A stretch of 64,000 nucleotides of DNA from positions 47,644-111,643 of the forward strand of contig JBDRTG010000043.1 in NCBI GenBank assembly GCA_043824255.1. The letters run 5' to 3'. How positions within the stretch are numbered: position 1 is the stretch's first letter; each line of letters begins with the position of its first letter. This DNA is from a bacterium (GTDB lineage: Bacteria > JAHJDO01). Below the pieces are notes generated by a model that did not search any database, had not been told where the DNA came from, and worked only from the letters and a program-made list of their open reading frames with translations. A program made the translations under genes and the position numbers. Below, piece after piece: positions 18,934 through 29,331 of the stretch.

Positions 18934-20001
18934 TTGAATAAAAACTGGGAGGAAATAAAAAAATACTATATAGCTTGGTGGGAGTATGGAGTTCTGGATA
19001 AAATAGCTCTTATGGTGACAGCTCCACGCAAAGGTGCTCAGCGGGGTGAAACACCTATCGGGGCAACAAAGGACAGGTTTAATAAGGGAAAGGTTCTTAA
19101 TATTGAAGAGAGAAATATTAAGAATACCTTTTACGGCGGTATGGCCTTTCCTCAATATTGGCCGAACTTCGGGCCTGATGTCTTTTCCGCTTATATGGGT
19201 GCAACCATAGAATTTTCTCCGCTTGGTGACTATCCTGTCTCTTGGGTAGACTGGAAAAAACCAGTTCTCAAGGATTATTCTGACTTATCTGATCTTGAGA
19301 TCAAAGAAGATAATTTCTACTGGCAAAAAACCAAAGAGTTCACATCATACGCTCTGGAGCGCTCTAAGGGGAACTATTTTGTCGGCATAACGGATATTCA
19401 TCCTAATATGGACGCATTAGCGGTTTTAAGAGGGGGGCCTGAGACATTATGTATAGATATGATTGACAATCCTGACGGAGTAAAAGAAGCAATGAAATTA
19501 CTTTGGAGAGCATGGCATAAAATCTATGAAGAAACCTATCAGATCGTAAAAAAACAGGAAGGAACCTGTGGGTGGATAAATCTCTGGTCTCCAGGAAAAA
19601 CATATCCGGTTCAGAATGATTTTACATGCCTCATCTCTACTAAAATGTATGAAGAATTTTTTCTACAAGAGATACTCAATGAAATCAATTATCTGGATCA
19701 TTCTATTTATCATCTTGACGGGCCAGACGCTCTAAAACATCTCGATATGCTTCTTGAAATTCCTCGTCTTAATGCAATTCAATGGGTTTGTGGTGCCGGG
19801 CTTAGGAAAGAAGGCATTGCAAAGTGGATACCAATTTATAAAAAGATTCAGGCAAAGAAAAAGGCAATTATTGTTTACTGCGAGTCAGATGAGATTAACT
19901 TTGTCCTGAACAATCTTTCCCCTAGAGGGCTACTGATTTGCACTAGATGCTCATCTCAACAAGAAGCTGAAGAGCTGCTTCAGCATTATGGCTGGAACTA
20001 A
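18934..20001 (+). CDS. URO-D/methylcobamide-methyltransferase-like TIM-barrel protein of unknown function
   Basis: TTG start; 'PNFGPDVFSAYMG', 'TDIHPNMDALAVLRGGPETLCIDMID', 'QNDF', 'YHLDGPDAL.HLD.LLEI..LNAIQW..GAG'. Confidence 0.65.
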   Translation: MNKNWEEIKKYYIAWWEYGVLDKIALMVTAPRKGAQRGETPIGATKDRFNKGKVLNIEERNIKNTFYGGMAFPQYWPNFGPDVFSAYMGATIEFSPLGDYPVSWVDWKKPVLKDYSDLSDLEIKEDNFYWQKTKEFTSYALERSKGNYFVGITDIHPNMDALAVLRGGPETLCIDMIDNPDGVKEAMKLLWRAWHKIYEETYQIVKKQEGTCGWINLWSPGKTYPVQNDFTCLISTKMYEEFFLQEILNEINYLDHSIYHLDGPDALKHLDMLLEIPRLNAIQWVCGAGLRKEGIAKWIPIYKKIQAKKKAIIVYCESDEINFVLNNLSPRGLLICTRCSSQQEAEELLQHYGWN

Positions 20002-20004
20002 CAA

Positions 20005-21684
20005 ATGATAAATAAATTTACAATAGGTATTGATTATGGAACAAATTCTGTCCGTGCCATACTAATAAATACAGCTAATGGCAGAAATACTGCATCGGCA
20101 GTTTTTAATTACAGGAGAGGAGAAAATGGTATTCTGCTGGATAAGGCAGATGCGAATGTTGCAAGGCAAAGTCCCCTGGACTACATAGAAGGGTTTGAAT
20201 ATGTGGTTGCAAAGCTTCTCAAACAAGCAAAAAAAATTAAGAATTTCTCTCAAGATAAGATTATAGGAATAGGAATAGACACTACAGGTTCTACCCCTAT
20301 ACCCGTTACAAAAGAACTTGTTCCTCTGGCACTGGTTCCAGAATTCAAGAATAATCTAAACGCTCAGGCATGGCTCTGGAAGGATCATTCATCCATGGAA
20401 GAGGCTCAGAAAATAACTAAGATAGCAGAATGTATAAGACCCCAATATCTCAGAAAATGCGGTGGTACATATTCCTCTGAATGGTTCTTTTCAAAAATAT
20501 GGCACTGCCTGAATATCGACAAGAAAGTGTTTGATGCTGCTTATTCGTGGGTGGAGCTTGCTGACTTTATGCCTGCATATATCTGTGGAATCACAGATGT
20601 AACTAAAATTAAAAGATGCATATGTGCCGCAGGTCATAAAGCAATGTATAGTGACCAGTGGCAGGGGTTGCCTGATAAAGAATTTCTCTCAAAGCTTAAT
20701 CCTCAAATGACAGATTTACGCGCAAGACTATATGAGAAAGCGTATGCTTCAAACACAAAAGCGGGGGATTTATCTAAGGAATACAAAAAAAAATTCAGGC
20801 TTCCTAGTAGAATTCCTGTTGCAGTAGGCGCATTTGACGCACATATGGGAGCAGTCGGCGCAGGTATTGGTAAAGATATTCTTGTCAAAATAATAGGAAC
20901 CTCATCATGTGATATAATGGTCTCACATAAGGGCCAGAGAATAGATGATATTCCGGGTGTGTGTGGGATTGTTGATGGGTCAGTGCTGCCAAATTGCCTG
21001 GGCATAGAAGCTGGCCAATCTGCTGTTGGAGATATTCTGAACTGGTTTGTGACCAAGGTATGTGAAGAAAATTCAAAATACCATGATAAATTAACCAGAC
21101 AAGGTTCTCGAGCGAAACCAGGACAAACCGGGCTTCTGGCACTTGACTGGAACAATGGCAATAGGACAATACTTATTGATGCAGAACTTACAGGACTACT
21201 TATAGGTCAGACTCTTCAAACCACACGATGGGAAACATACAGAGCTCTTATAGAGGCTACTGCTTTTGGTGCTCTAAAAATTATTGAGAGAATAGAAGAA
21301 TATGGAGTCAGGATTTCAAAAGTAATTAACTGCGGAGGCATAGCGACAAAAAACCCAATGTTTATGCAGATATATGCGGATGTAATTGGGAAGCCGATGT
21401 TAATAGCAAAGTCTCAGGAGACCTGTGCGCTTGGTGCTGCAATATTTGCTGCTGTTGTTGGAGGAGCCTATTCTGAAGTTAAAAATGCCCAAAAGAATAT
21501 GTGTAGTACTAAAAAGAAAACGTACTACCCAAATAAGAGAAATCATTTAATCTATAAGCAGTTATATACACTTTATAAAAATTTGCATGATAGTTTTGGA
21601 ACAAAAGAATACAAAGAGAATCTATATCATGTTATGAAAGAACTGTTACAAATTAAGAAAGGAGTTCTTCTTGAAAATGTTTAA
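20005..21684 (+). CDS. araB: L-ribulokinase
   Basis: 'IGIDYGTNSVRA', 'GIDTTGSTP', 'LWKDH', 'YSSEWFFSK', 'FDAHMGAVG', 'GIEAGQSAVGD', 'LDWNNGNRT'. Confidence 0.95.
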   Translation: MINKFTIGIDYGTNSVRAILINTANGRNTASAVFNYRRGENGILLDKADANVARQSPLDYIEGFEYVVAKLLKQAKKIKNFSQDKIIGIGIDTTGSTPIPVTKELVPLALVPEFKNNLNAQAWLWKDHSSMEEAQKITKIAECIRPQYLRKCGGTYSSEWFFSKIWHCLNIDKKVFDAAYSWVELADFMPAYICGITDVTKIKRCICAAGHKAMYSDQWQGLPDKEFLSKLNPQMTDLRARLYEKAYASNTKAGDLSKEYKKKFRLPSRIPVAVGAFDAHMGAVGAGIGKDILVKIIGTSSCDIMVSHKGQRIDDIPGVCGIVDGSVLPNCLGIEAGQSAVGDILNWFVTKVCEENSKYHDKLTRQGSRAKPGQTGLLALDWNNGNRTILIDAELTGLLIGQTLQTTRWETYRALIEATAFGALKIIERIEEYGVRISKVINCGGIATKNPMFMQIYADVIGKPMLIAKSQETCALGAAIFAAVVGGAYSEVKNAQKNMCSTKKKTYYPNKRNHLIYKQLYTLYKNLHDSFGTKEYKENLYHVMKELLQIKKGVLLENV

Positions 21685-22369
21685 AGAACTAAAGAAACAG
21701 GTTTATCTCGCAAATATGGAGATTTATAAGAGAGGGCTTGCTCTCTATACATGGGGAAATGTAAGCGCTATTGACAGAGAAAAACAAGTTATTGCTATAA
21801 AACCAAGTGGAGTAGCTTATGAAAACTTGAAACCAGAACATATGGTATTAATAGATATGAAAGGGAATATTATTGAAGGTAATTATAATCCTTCTTCTGA
21901 TACAAAAACACATCTGATTCTATATGACAAGTTCCAATCAATCGGTGCTGTTGTGCATAATCATTCCTGTTATTCAACAATCTTTGCACAAGCAATGAAA
22001 AACATACCTTGTCTTGGCACAACACATGCTGACCAGTTCTATGGTGAAATACCAGTTACTGATATAATTTCCGATGAACATATAAAAGAAGATTATGAGA
22101 CTGAAACTGGCAATTTAATAGTTAAAACATTCTCTGAAAGGAAAATTAATCCTGTAGAAATATCAGCAGTTCTTGTAGCTTCACATGGCCCATTTATCTG
22201 GGGAAAGGACATAGACAGCGCTGTTAAGAATGCAGTAGCCCTGGAAGAGATTGCAAAAACTGCTCTTTTCACCAAGCTCCTTAATCCGAATATAACACCA
22301 ATGAAACAAACACTTCTGGACAAACATTATCTGAGAAAACATGGTAAAAATGCGTATTATGGACAATGA
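21671..22369 (+). CDS. araD: L-ribulose-5-phosphate 4-epimerase
   Basis: 'TWGNVS', 'IKPSGV', 'PSSDTKTH', 'GTTHAD.F', 'SHGPF.WG', 'LLDKHYLRKHGKNAYYGQ'. Confidence 0.96.
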   Translation: MKMFKELKKQVYLANMEIYKRGLALYTWGNVSAIDREKQVIAIKPSGVAYENLKPEHMVLIDMKGNIIEGNYNPSSDTKTHLILYDKFQSIGAVVHNHSCYSTIFAQAMKNIPCLGTTHADQFYGEIPVTDIISDEHIKEDYETETGNLIVKTFSERKINPVEISAVLVASHGPFIWGKDIDSAVKNAVALEEIAKTALFTKLLNPNITPMKQTLLDKHYLRKHGKNAYYGQ

Positions 22370-22391
22370 TAATGCAGCAATACTGCGAAGC

Positions 22392-23525
22392 TTAGCTGCC
22401 GAATTTGGATTTAAGCTTCTCCATGAAGCTCTTGCGTCTAGGAGTTAAATTCTCGCCGCTTATCTCAGCAAACTTTCTGAGAAGTTCTTCCTGCTCATTA
22501 TTCAGTTTTACTGGTGTTTCTACTATGACTCTAACGAGTTCATCTCCTTTACCATATCCGTGTAGACTTGGAACGCCCTGTCCGCGTAAGCGGAACACTT
22601 TCCCGGACTGTGTGCCATGGGGAATCTTCATCTTTGCTTTGCCTTTAAGAGTGGGAACCTCTATTTCTGCACCTAGCGTTGCCTGTGTTATGCTTACAGG
22701 AACTTCACACAGGATATCATCATCATGCCGAGTAAAAAGTTCATCATCCTCTACATGAATTACTACGTATAGATCTCCCGGGCTTCCACCTCTTGTACCA
22801 GCTTCTCCTTCTCCTTTGACCTTTAATTGGGAACCCGTATCAACTCCAGGGGGTATCTTAACAGTAAGTTCACGAGACTTATTTACTCTTCCAGTGCCTC
22901 TGCAGGTCTCGCATGGGTCCGTTATTATCGTACCCTCTCCACCGCATCTATCACATGTCCTGTTTATACTAAAAAATCCCTGAGAATAACTTACCTGTCC
23001 GCTGCCTCCACATTGAAGACAGTTGATGCGTTTTGTTCCTTTTTTGGCGCCGGATCCATTACATACCTCACATGTTTGCGGTCTGGAGATACGTATCCTT
23101 CTATCTATACCAAATGCAGCTTCCTTTAGAGTAATCTGCAGGTCATATCTAAGATGTTCTCCTCTGTTATGTCCATCGCTTCTTCCTGCGCCTTGAGAGC
23201 CCCTGCCAAAAAATCCTTCAAATATATCCCCAAAATCACTGAATACATCACTGCTGAATATGTCTGAGGCGTTTCTGAATCCGCTAAAACCTCCTCCCTC
23301 TAACCCGCTGTGACCAAACTGATCATAGGTTGCTCTTTTTTGAGGATCACTCAGTACTGCATAAGCTTCAGATGCTTCTTTGAATTTTTCTTCAGACTCT
23401 TTATTCCCCTGATTCTTATCTGGATGATATTTATGTGCGAGTTTCCTATAAGCACGCTTTATCCCATCTATTGCCGCGTGTTTGTCAACACCAAGTATTT
23501 CATAATAGTCTCTTTTACCAGCCAC
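22392..23525 (-). CDS. dnaJ: Chaperone DnaJ
   Basis: J domain with HPD, G/F-rich linker, four CxxCxGxG repeats; GTG start. Confidence 0.98.
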   Translation of the reverse strand: MAGKRDYYEILGVDKHAAIDGIKRAYRKLAHKYHPDKNQGNKESEEKFKEASEAYAVLSDPQKRATYDQFGHSGLEGGGFSGFRNASDIFSSDVFSDFGDIFEGFFGRGSQGAGRSDGHNRGEHLRYDLQITLKEAAFGIDRRIRISRPQTCEVCNGSGAKKGTKRINCLQCGGSGQVSYSQGFFSINRTCDRCGGEGTIITDPCETCRGTGRVNKSRELTVKIPPGVDTGSQLKVKGEGEAGTRGGSPGDLYVVIHVEDDELFTRHDDDILCEVPVSITQATLGAEIEVPTLKGKAKMKIPHGTQSGKVFRLRGQGVPSLHGYGKGDELVRVIVETPVKLNNEQEELLRKFAEISGENLTPRRKSFMEKLKSKFGS

Positions 23526-23549
23526 TACTTATCTCTCAAATTTTTAGTA

Positions 23550-23633
23550 TTAAGTTGTAAGAATTAAGAATTAAGTAAAAAAACATCCACTACAAACTTA
23601 ATCCTTAGAGCGAAGCGTCTTAATCCTTAATCC
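23550..23633. repeat. Short inverted heptamer-repeat element between dnaK and dnaJ
   Basis: (t)aagaattaagaattaag facing cttaatccttag...cttaatccttaatcc; imperfect inverted repeats made of 7-nt units. Confidence 0.45.
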
Positions 23634-25507
23634 TGCTTTTTCTTTTCGTCATCCTCCACCTTATAGTCTGCATCTATTACATCTTCTTCTTTATCAGACT
23701 TTTTCTTTTCCTGCTTTGGTTCTGCCTGTGGTCCTGCCTGTGCCTGACCTCCTGCACCTGCTTGCTGCTCTTTTGCAGCTTGCTGATACATGACTTCAGC
23801 TAATTTATGAGCAGCCTGCTGCAGGCTTTCAGAAGTCTTTTTCATCTGCTCAATATCATTAGCCCCTAAAGCCTTTTTAGCTTCGTCCAGAGCAGATTGT
23901 ATCTTGTCTTTCTCAGACGAATCTATCTTGTCTCCATGGTCCTTCAGAGATTTCTCTGTTGTATAAATCAGAGAATCCAATTGATTATGAACTTCAACTG
24001 CCTCTTTTTTCTTCTTATCCTCTTCTGCATGGGATTCGGCATCCTTAACCATCTTTTCTACCTCTTCTTCACTCAAACCCCCAGAGGATTTTATTACAAT
24101 TGACTGTTCCTTACTTGTAGCTAAATCCTTGGCAGACACATGTGTGATTCCGTTTGCATCAATATTAAAACTTACTTCTATTTGAGGCACTCCGCGTGGA
24201 GCGGAAGGGATGCCTACCAGATCAAACCTGCCAAGAGTTTTATTATACTGCGCCATTTCCCGCTCTCCCTGCAGCACATGTATGTTTACAGCAGGCTGAT
24301 TATCCGCAGCAGTGCTGAATATCTGAGATTTCTTTGTTGGAATGGTTGTATTTCTTTCTATAAGTCTTGTGCAAACTCCCCCCAATGTTTCGATCCCGAG
24401 AGAAAGAGGAGTAACATCAAGAAGCGTTATATCTTTAACATCTCCTGAAAGCACACCGGCCTGTATAGCAGCTCCAACAGCAACAACCTCGTCCGGGTTA
24501 ACGCCCTTATAAAGTTCTTTGCCAAAAAACTTCTTTACGGCTTCCTGAACCTTTGGAGACCTTGTCTGCCCGCCAACCAATATTACATGATCAATATCCT
24601 TTGTTTCCATTTTTGCATCAGCCAGCGCTTGTTTACACGGACCAATCGTGCTGTCTACAAGCTCCTGTGTCAGTTTTTCCAACTGTGCACGCCTAAGTGT
24701 TATATCCAGATGCTTTGGTCCGCTTTGATCCGCTGTTATGAATGGAAGGTTTATGTTTGCTGTCTGAGCAGTAGAAAGCTCTACTTTTGCCTTCTCAGCG
24801 CCTTCTCTCAATCTCTGCATCGCCATCTTATCATTACTCAAATCCATACCATTGGACTTTTTAAATTCGCTGACCAGCCAGTCAATAATCTTCTGGTCAA
24901 AGTCATCTCCTCCTAATTGCGTATTACCGTTAGTTGCCTTAACCTCAAAAACTCCATCTCCAATATCAAGTATGGATATATCAAATGTTCCGCCGCCGAG
25001 ATCGTACACTGCAATAATCTGTTCCTTTTTTTTATCAAGCCCGTATGCCAGAGAAGCCGCAGTCGGCTCATTTACTATTCTAAGCACTTCAAGACCTGCA
25101 ATCTTTCCAGCATCCTTGGTAGCCTGTCTCTGGCTGTCGTCAAAATATGCAGGAACAGTAATAACCGCTTTTTCAACTTTATCTCCCAGATAGCTTTCCG
25201 CATCCTGTTTGAATTTCTGAAGTATTGCGGCAGAGATTTCAGGAGGAGTATATTCCTTATCACCGGCCTTTACCTTTACCTTTTGTCCCATCTTTCTCTT
25301 TATTGAGCTTATTGTATTCTCCGGATTTGACACTGCCTGCCTTTTAGCAATCTGTCCAACTAATCTTTCTCCTGTTTTGGATATTGCTACAACAGACGGA
25401 GTAGTTCTGCTTCCTTCTGCATTAGCAATAACAACGGGTTTTCCCCCTTCCATAACTGCCATGCAGGAATTAGTCGTTCCCAAATCAATACCTATCACTT
25501 TACCCAT
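23627..25507 (-). CDS. dnaK: Chaperone DnaK
   Basis: '[10 protein letters not shown]', 'TVPAYF', 'DLGGGTFD', 'NPDEVVA.GAA', '[11 protein letters not shown]'. Confidence 0.99.
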   Translation of the reverse strand: MGKVIGIDLGTTNSCMAVMEGGKPVVIANAEGSRTTPSVVAISKTGERLVGQIAKRQAVSNPENTISSIKRKMGQKVKVKAGDKEYTPPEISAAILQKFKQDAESYLGDKVEKAVITVPAYFDDSQRQATKDAGKIAGLEVLRIVNEPTAASLAYGLDKKKEQIIAVYDLGGGTFDISILDIGDGVFEVKATNGNTQLGGDDFDQKIIDWLVSEFKKSNGMDLSNDKMAMQRLREGAEKAKVELSTAQTANINLPFITADQSGPKHLDITLRRAQLEKLTQELVDSTIGPCKQALADAKMETKDIDHVILVGGQTRSPKVQEAVKKFFGKELYKGVNPDEVVAVGAAIQAGVLSGDVKDITLLDVTPLSLGIETLGGVCTRLIERNTTIPTKKSQIFSTAADNQPAVNIHVLQGEREMAQYNKTLGRFDLVGIPSAPRGVPQIEVSFNIDANGITHVSAKDLATSKEQSIVIKSSGGLSEEEVEKMVKDAESHAEEDKKKKEAVEVHNQLDSLIYTTEKSLKDHGDKIDSSEKDKIQSALDEAKKALGANDIEQMKKTSESLQQAAHKLAEVMYQQAAKEQQAGAGGQAQAGPQAEPKQEKKKSDKEEDVIDADYKVEDDEKKKQD

Positions 25508-25531
25508 TACCAGTCCTCCTTTTTTATTCCA

Positions 25532-26032
25532 TTATTTATTTTGTTTTTTTGACACCTTTACAAGAGACGGCCTTATAACCTTTCCATGCAGCTTGTAACC
25601 TGTACTAACTTCTTCAACTACCGTGTCTTCAGGATATTTATCAGTTTCTACCTGCATAACCGCTTCATGCTTATCAGGATTAAATTGAGTACCATGAGAC
25701 CTGATTTCTTCCAGCCCATTTTGTCTCAAGATATCCTCAAATTGCTTTAGAACTAATTCAATACCCTTTTTGAGATCTTTGATATTACTTACCTTATCCG
25801 CTGAGTCTACTGCTCTTTTAAAATTATCAACAACAGGTAATATCTCATTGATTAATTTCTCATTTGCAAATTTAGCAAGAGATTCATATTCTCTTGCAGT
25901 TCTCTTCTTGAAATTATCAAACTCTGCATGCAGTCTTAAAAGCTGATCATGCCTTTCATCGCATAAACCGGATTTTTCTTCCAGCTTCTTCAGCTCTTTT
26001 TCGGTATATTTTGTTTTTTCCCGTGTCTTCAT
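25532..26032 (-). CDS. grpE: Nucleotide exchange factor GrpE
   Basis: 'LLRLHAEFDNFKKR', 'LPVVDNF.RA', 'FNPDKHEAV', 'GYKLHGKVIRPSLVKV'. Confidence 0.97.
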   Translation of the reverse strand: MKTREKTKYTEKELKKLEEKSGLCDERHDQLLRLHAEFDNFKKRTAREYESLAKFANEKLINEILPVVDNFKRAVDSADKVSNIKDLKKGIELVLKQFEDILRQNGLEEIRSHGTQFNPDKHEAVMQVETDKYPEDTVVEEVSTGYKLHGKVIRPSLVKVSKKQNK

Positions 26033-26046
26033 TTTTTTCTTCCTGC

Positions 26047-27099
26047 CTATTCAAGCAAGAGCTTTTTCATAATATCGCTAAGTTTACTCGCGGTATAATT
26101 TAATTTACTTATTACTCTTGAATATGCCATCCTTCTTGGACCTATTATGCCTAATGATCCCATTGGAGATCCAAACAGGCCATACCTTATAGTAAGCAAA
26201 CTACAATTTTCTATGTCGCTGTCCGCTGTTTCCCTGCCAATAAGAACTTTTATCCCGTTGCTGTCAATGGGCATATTAAGGATTTTAGATAAATATCTTG
26301 TATTCAACGCCCTGAACATAGCCTGTGCTTTATTAATATCACTAAATTCAGGATACTGCATAAGATATTCATAGCCGTCAATGAAAACCGTTTTTTCTTC
26401 CTCAAAAGAAAGAATTACATCCAGTATATCCATCACACAGTCATATACTGTTTCATCAAGATGGGAATATTTCTCTTTAAAAATCTCTCTGAAATCTGAG
26501 CGTATGTGAATAAAGTCAAGCCCTTCCAGGTTCTCATTCAGAAATGCACATATTCTTTGCATATCAGCACCAGATACTTCATCCCTGAAACAAACTACCT
26601 TTTTTTTCATGTCTCCTGAACGCATAATAATAATAATCATAATTCTGTGACCTTGAAGGGCTATGAGCTCCAAATGCTTGAATGTTCCGCTATCATGAAA
26701 TCTTGGCAGTTCTGCAAATCCCATATAACTGGTTGTAAAAGACAACAGCTTTATTGTCTCTTTAATTATTGACTCAATATCGTAATTAAGACTTGAATAT
26801 GCATCGTCTATAAAGTTTTTTTCTTCATCCGTAAGCAGTTCTGTCTTTATAAGAAAATTAACATAAAAGCGGTACCCTTTATCAGTAGGGACTCTGCCTG
26901 CAGAAGTGTGAGGCTGTATCAAATACCCTTGCTCCTCCAACTTCACCAGAATATTCCTGACAGTAGCTGATGATACATTTAATTTACAATTCCTAACCAG
27001 TTTTTGTGAAGCAATAGGCTCTCCGGTATTAATATATGAATAAATTGCTGCCCTTAAGATATTTGCTTCTCTGTTGCCATCTACTGCTTTTCCAATCAT
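26047..27099 (-). CDS. hrcA: Heat-inducible transcription repressor HrcA
   Basis: 'YINTGEPIAS', 'SSATVRN', 'QPHTSAGRVPTDKGYRFYV', 'GIIGPRRMAY'. Confidence 0.97.
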   Translation of the reverse strand: MIGKAVDGNREANILRAAIYSYINTGEPIASQKLVRNCKLNVSSATVRNILVKLEEQGYLIQPHTSAGRVPTDKGYRFYVNFLIKTELLTDEEKNFIDDAYSSLNYDIESIIKETIKLLSFTTSYMGFAELPRFHDSGTFKHLELIALQGHRIMIIIIMRSGDMKKKVVCFRDEVSGADMQRICAFLNENLEGLDFIHIRSDFREIFKEKYSHLDETVYDCVMDILDVILSFEEEKTVFIDGYEYLMQYPEFSDINKAQAMFRALNTRYLSKILNMPIDSNGIKVLIGRETADSDIENCSLLTIRYGLFGSPMGSLGIIGPRRMAYSRVISKLNYTASKLSDIMKKLLLE

Positions 27100-27112
27100 T
27101 CCTGCTCCTTTT

Positions 27113-27139
27113 TTAGCACTCTAAAGCGGAGAGTGCTAA
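27113..27139. promoter_or_regulatory. CIRCE element (HrcA operator)
   Basis: Exact TTAGCACTC-N9-GAGTGCTAA, 14 nt upstream of the hrcA start. Confidence 0.98.
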
Positions 27140-27149
27140 ACTTAAGCAT

Positions 27150-27178
27150 AAAATAGCAATTGAAGTGACTTTTGTCAA
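27150..27178 (-). promoter_or_regulatory. Sigma70 promoter of the hrcA-grpE-dnaK-dnaJ operon
   Basis: Minus strand TTGACA-17 nt-TATTTT with an extended TG, just upstream of CIRCE. Confidence 0.7.
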
Positions 27179-27256
27179 GTTGAAAAAATCACCTTGATGA
27201 CTGCGTATATTCAGCCCAATCTCCTATTCAATCGGGGAATTCGGGTGGTTGAGAAA

Positions 27257-28246
27257 CTATATCAATAGATTCAATATTACCTTAATCATTGTCTCCTTTT
27301 CAGATGCTTTAGTTGCTGCAATCATAAGTGTTAAGGCTACAAGCGTATTATCATCAATCCGTTTATCTCCATTTTTACGGACTAAAAGCCCATTGCCTTG
27401 CAAGAAGCAAATAAAAAGCGCTGCTGCAATGCGTTTATTTCCATCCACAAAACTGTGGTTCTTAGTAACAAAATATAATAAATGAGCTGCTTTATTCTCA
27501 ACTGTTGGATAAAGATCTGCGCCGTCAAATGTTTGGTAAATCGTTCCTATTGAACTTTTGAAACTTTTATCTTTTTCCTGTCCAACAAGTACGGAATCTT
27601 TAAATTTTCGCTTCATAGCTTCAATGATTTTTCTAGCTTCTTCGTAAGTGAGCTTAAATTTTGACTGTCTTGTTCCTTTTGGCACAGAAAGCCGCTCATG
27701 ATCAAAATCATCCAGGATATCAAGCGCATGTGAGTATTCGGTTATCACCTGAATAAGTCCTTTTGTCTCACCAGAAACTGCTTCAACCTGAATAACGTTG
27801 CCTAAAAGTCTTAACGATTTCTGTAATTCCTGATATTTATGCTGGGCAGACTTTAACCGTTTCTCATTGATTGTATATCCGTTAACCAAATGCTGCTTAA
27901 GCACATTTGTTGCCCAGATTCTAAATTGTGTGCCTCTCTTGGAGTTAACCCGGTATCCTACGGAAATAATAATGTCAAGATTATAAAACTCTATATCCCT
28001 TTCTACTTGTCTTCCACCTTCGGTTTGAACCATTCGGAATTTCCGAATAGTTGAATTTTTATCCAGTTCTTTCTCTTTGTAAATATTTTTAATATGTTCA
28101 TTTATCGTTGGAATTCCCTTTTCAAAAAGAATAGCCATCTGCTTTTGTGTAAGCCAGACAGTTTCTTTTTCAAGCCTGACTTCGACTTTATTCCTATATA
28201 CTATGACCTGCCCTTTAGACAAATCCTTAACGCTCATCTTATTCAT
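27257..28246 (-). CDS. RhuM-family N-terminal domain fused to a Fic/Doc domain
   Basis: 'ETVWLTQKQMAILF', 'YNLDIIISVGYRVNSKRGTQFRIWAT' (RhuM); Doc-type motif 'HSFVDGNKRIA'. Confidence 0.88.
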   Translation of the reverse strand: MNKMSVKDLSKGQVIVYRNKVEVRLEKETVWLTQKQMAILFEKGIPTINEHIKNIYKEKELDKNSTIRKFRMVQTEGGRQVERDIEFYNLDIIISVGYRVNSKRGTQFRIWATNVLKQHLVNGYTINEKRLKSAQHKYQELQKSLRLLGNVIQVEAVSGETKGLIQVITEYSHALDILDDFDHERLSVPKGTRQSKFKLTYEEARKIIEAMKRKFKDSVLVGQEKDKSFKSSIGTIYQTFDGADLYPTVENKAAHLLYFVTKNHSFVDGNKRIAAALFICFLQGNGLLVRKNGDKRIDDNTLVALTLMIAATKASEKETMIKVILNLLI

Positions 28247-28349
28247 AACACCGTATTATAACACTCTTTAAAGAAAATTTGAAACTCGTATCTTCAGCCC
28301 AATTCCACTTTTCTGTCATTGCGAACGGAGTGAAGCAATCTCGTTTGTC

Positions 28350-28505
28350 ATTCCGCCGTTCGTATTCTTTGGCTTTTGCTTGCTTTACCCCGACAGCTGA
28401 AGCTATCGGATGCCCTCTCCATCGCAACCGCCTGCTTTAGCTGGCGGTTATCTGTAGATTTGGTGAGAGCAAGAATTTTGTCAACGAGATCAACAAATGT
28501 TGTTG
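28350..28505 (-). pseudogene. Relic of the C-terminus of a type IIG/TaqI-like restriction-modification enzyme, interrupted by palindromic repeats
   Basis: Minus strand reads FVDLVDKILALTKSTD, then after a ~64-bp insert KQAKAKEYER in another frame. Resembles the recurrent 'F..LVDKILA.TK...KQAKVKEYE' tail of such enzymes (from recall). Confidence 0.5.
28426..28449. repeat. REP-like palindrome
   Basis: aaccgcc-tgctttagct-ggcggtt (7-bp stem); a second palindrome gtcattgc...gaagcaatctc lies at 28315-28342. Confidence 0.55.
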
Positions 28506-28611
28506 AGGGGTTTGGGGAAAGGGTGATGAGTCAGATTTTGCCTCGTTTGTAGATTGCCATTATTAGTTATCAGAATTTGTGATAAGTTACTTCCACAACA
28601 TAAACTTTGTG

Positions 28612-29235
28612 TTACCCCTTGTTGCGATGTTGCAACCATTTCGGCCAGAAGTGCCATACCTCGTTCAATTTATCCAACTCTTCCCTCTTTGATATAAACT
28701 TATCTTTAACCCTTTTTATGACTTTCGGCCTCATGAAAGATACTTTTCCAACCTCCGAGTAAATATGACGAGGTGTTTTTAGGAAATGTTGCTCGTCCCA
28801 TTCAGTTTTCCGGCGGGTATAGTCTACGATGAATTCACTGAAAGCGCCTATATCATCAATATCAACTAGCGAATAATTCCGTTCCAAAATTTCTATAATT
28901 TTGTCGTTGTTATTTTCAACCTGCTCGATATAAGCATTGGCAAGATTTAGAGTACGGGTTGATTCTTCGTTTAAAACTTTACGGGTTTCCTCATCATTGC
29001 TCCACTTTGGATCTCCATACACTTTGCGGTATGCCTGATGAAATTTGTCATTTATCTTAAATAGTCTCTTGTTTTGGGAAACAAAAAAATAGAGAGGTCC
29101 ATAAAGATGCTGAAGTTGATCTCGCAGATTAGCGACTCTTCGTTCTACACATTTAGACTTCCAGTGTATTATTGCGACAATAATACCGGCAACCGCACCA
29201 CCCCCAATAAAACTCTGAAATATGTCAGTCCACAT
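28612..29235 (-). CDS. Hypothetical protein with N-terminal membrane anchor
   Basis: 207 aa; hydrophobic 'FIGGGAVAGIIVAII', then a helical charged domain. Confidence 0.65.
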   Translation of the reverse strand: MWTDIFQSFIGGGAVAGIIVAIIHWKSKCVERRVANLRDQLQHLYGPLYFFVSQNKRLFKINDKFHQAYRKVYGDPKWSNDEETRKVLNEESTRTLNLANAYIEQVENNNDKIIEILERNYSLVDIDDIGAFSEFIVDYTRRKTEWDEQHFLKTPRHIYSEVGKVSFMRPKVIKRVKDKFISKREELDKLNEVWHFWPKWLQHRNKG

Positions 29236-29331
29236 ACTTATTACTCCCTATTCCCCTTTTCCGCTCCCAAACCCATTCCACAATCCCCTCCTATTCTCTC
29301 TTGCTTCTTTTTCGTATTTTCTAAACTGTTT

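Noticed and set aside
28530-28561. Minus-strand MAIYKRGKI* resembling a phage integrase N-terminus
   Set aside because: Only 9 codons before a stop; too short to support a call, though compatible with the mosaic nature of this spacer.
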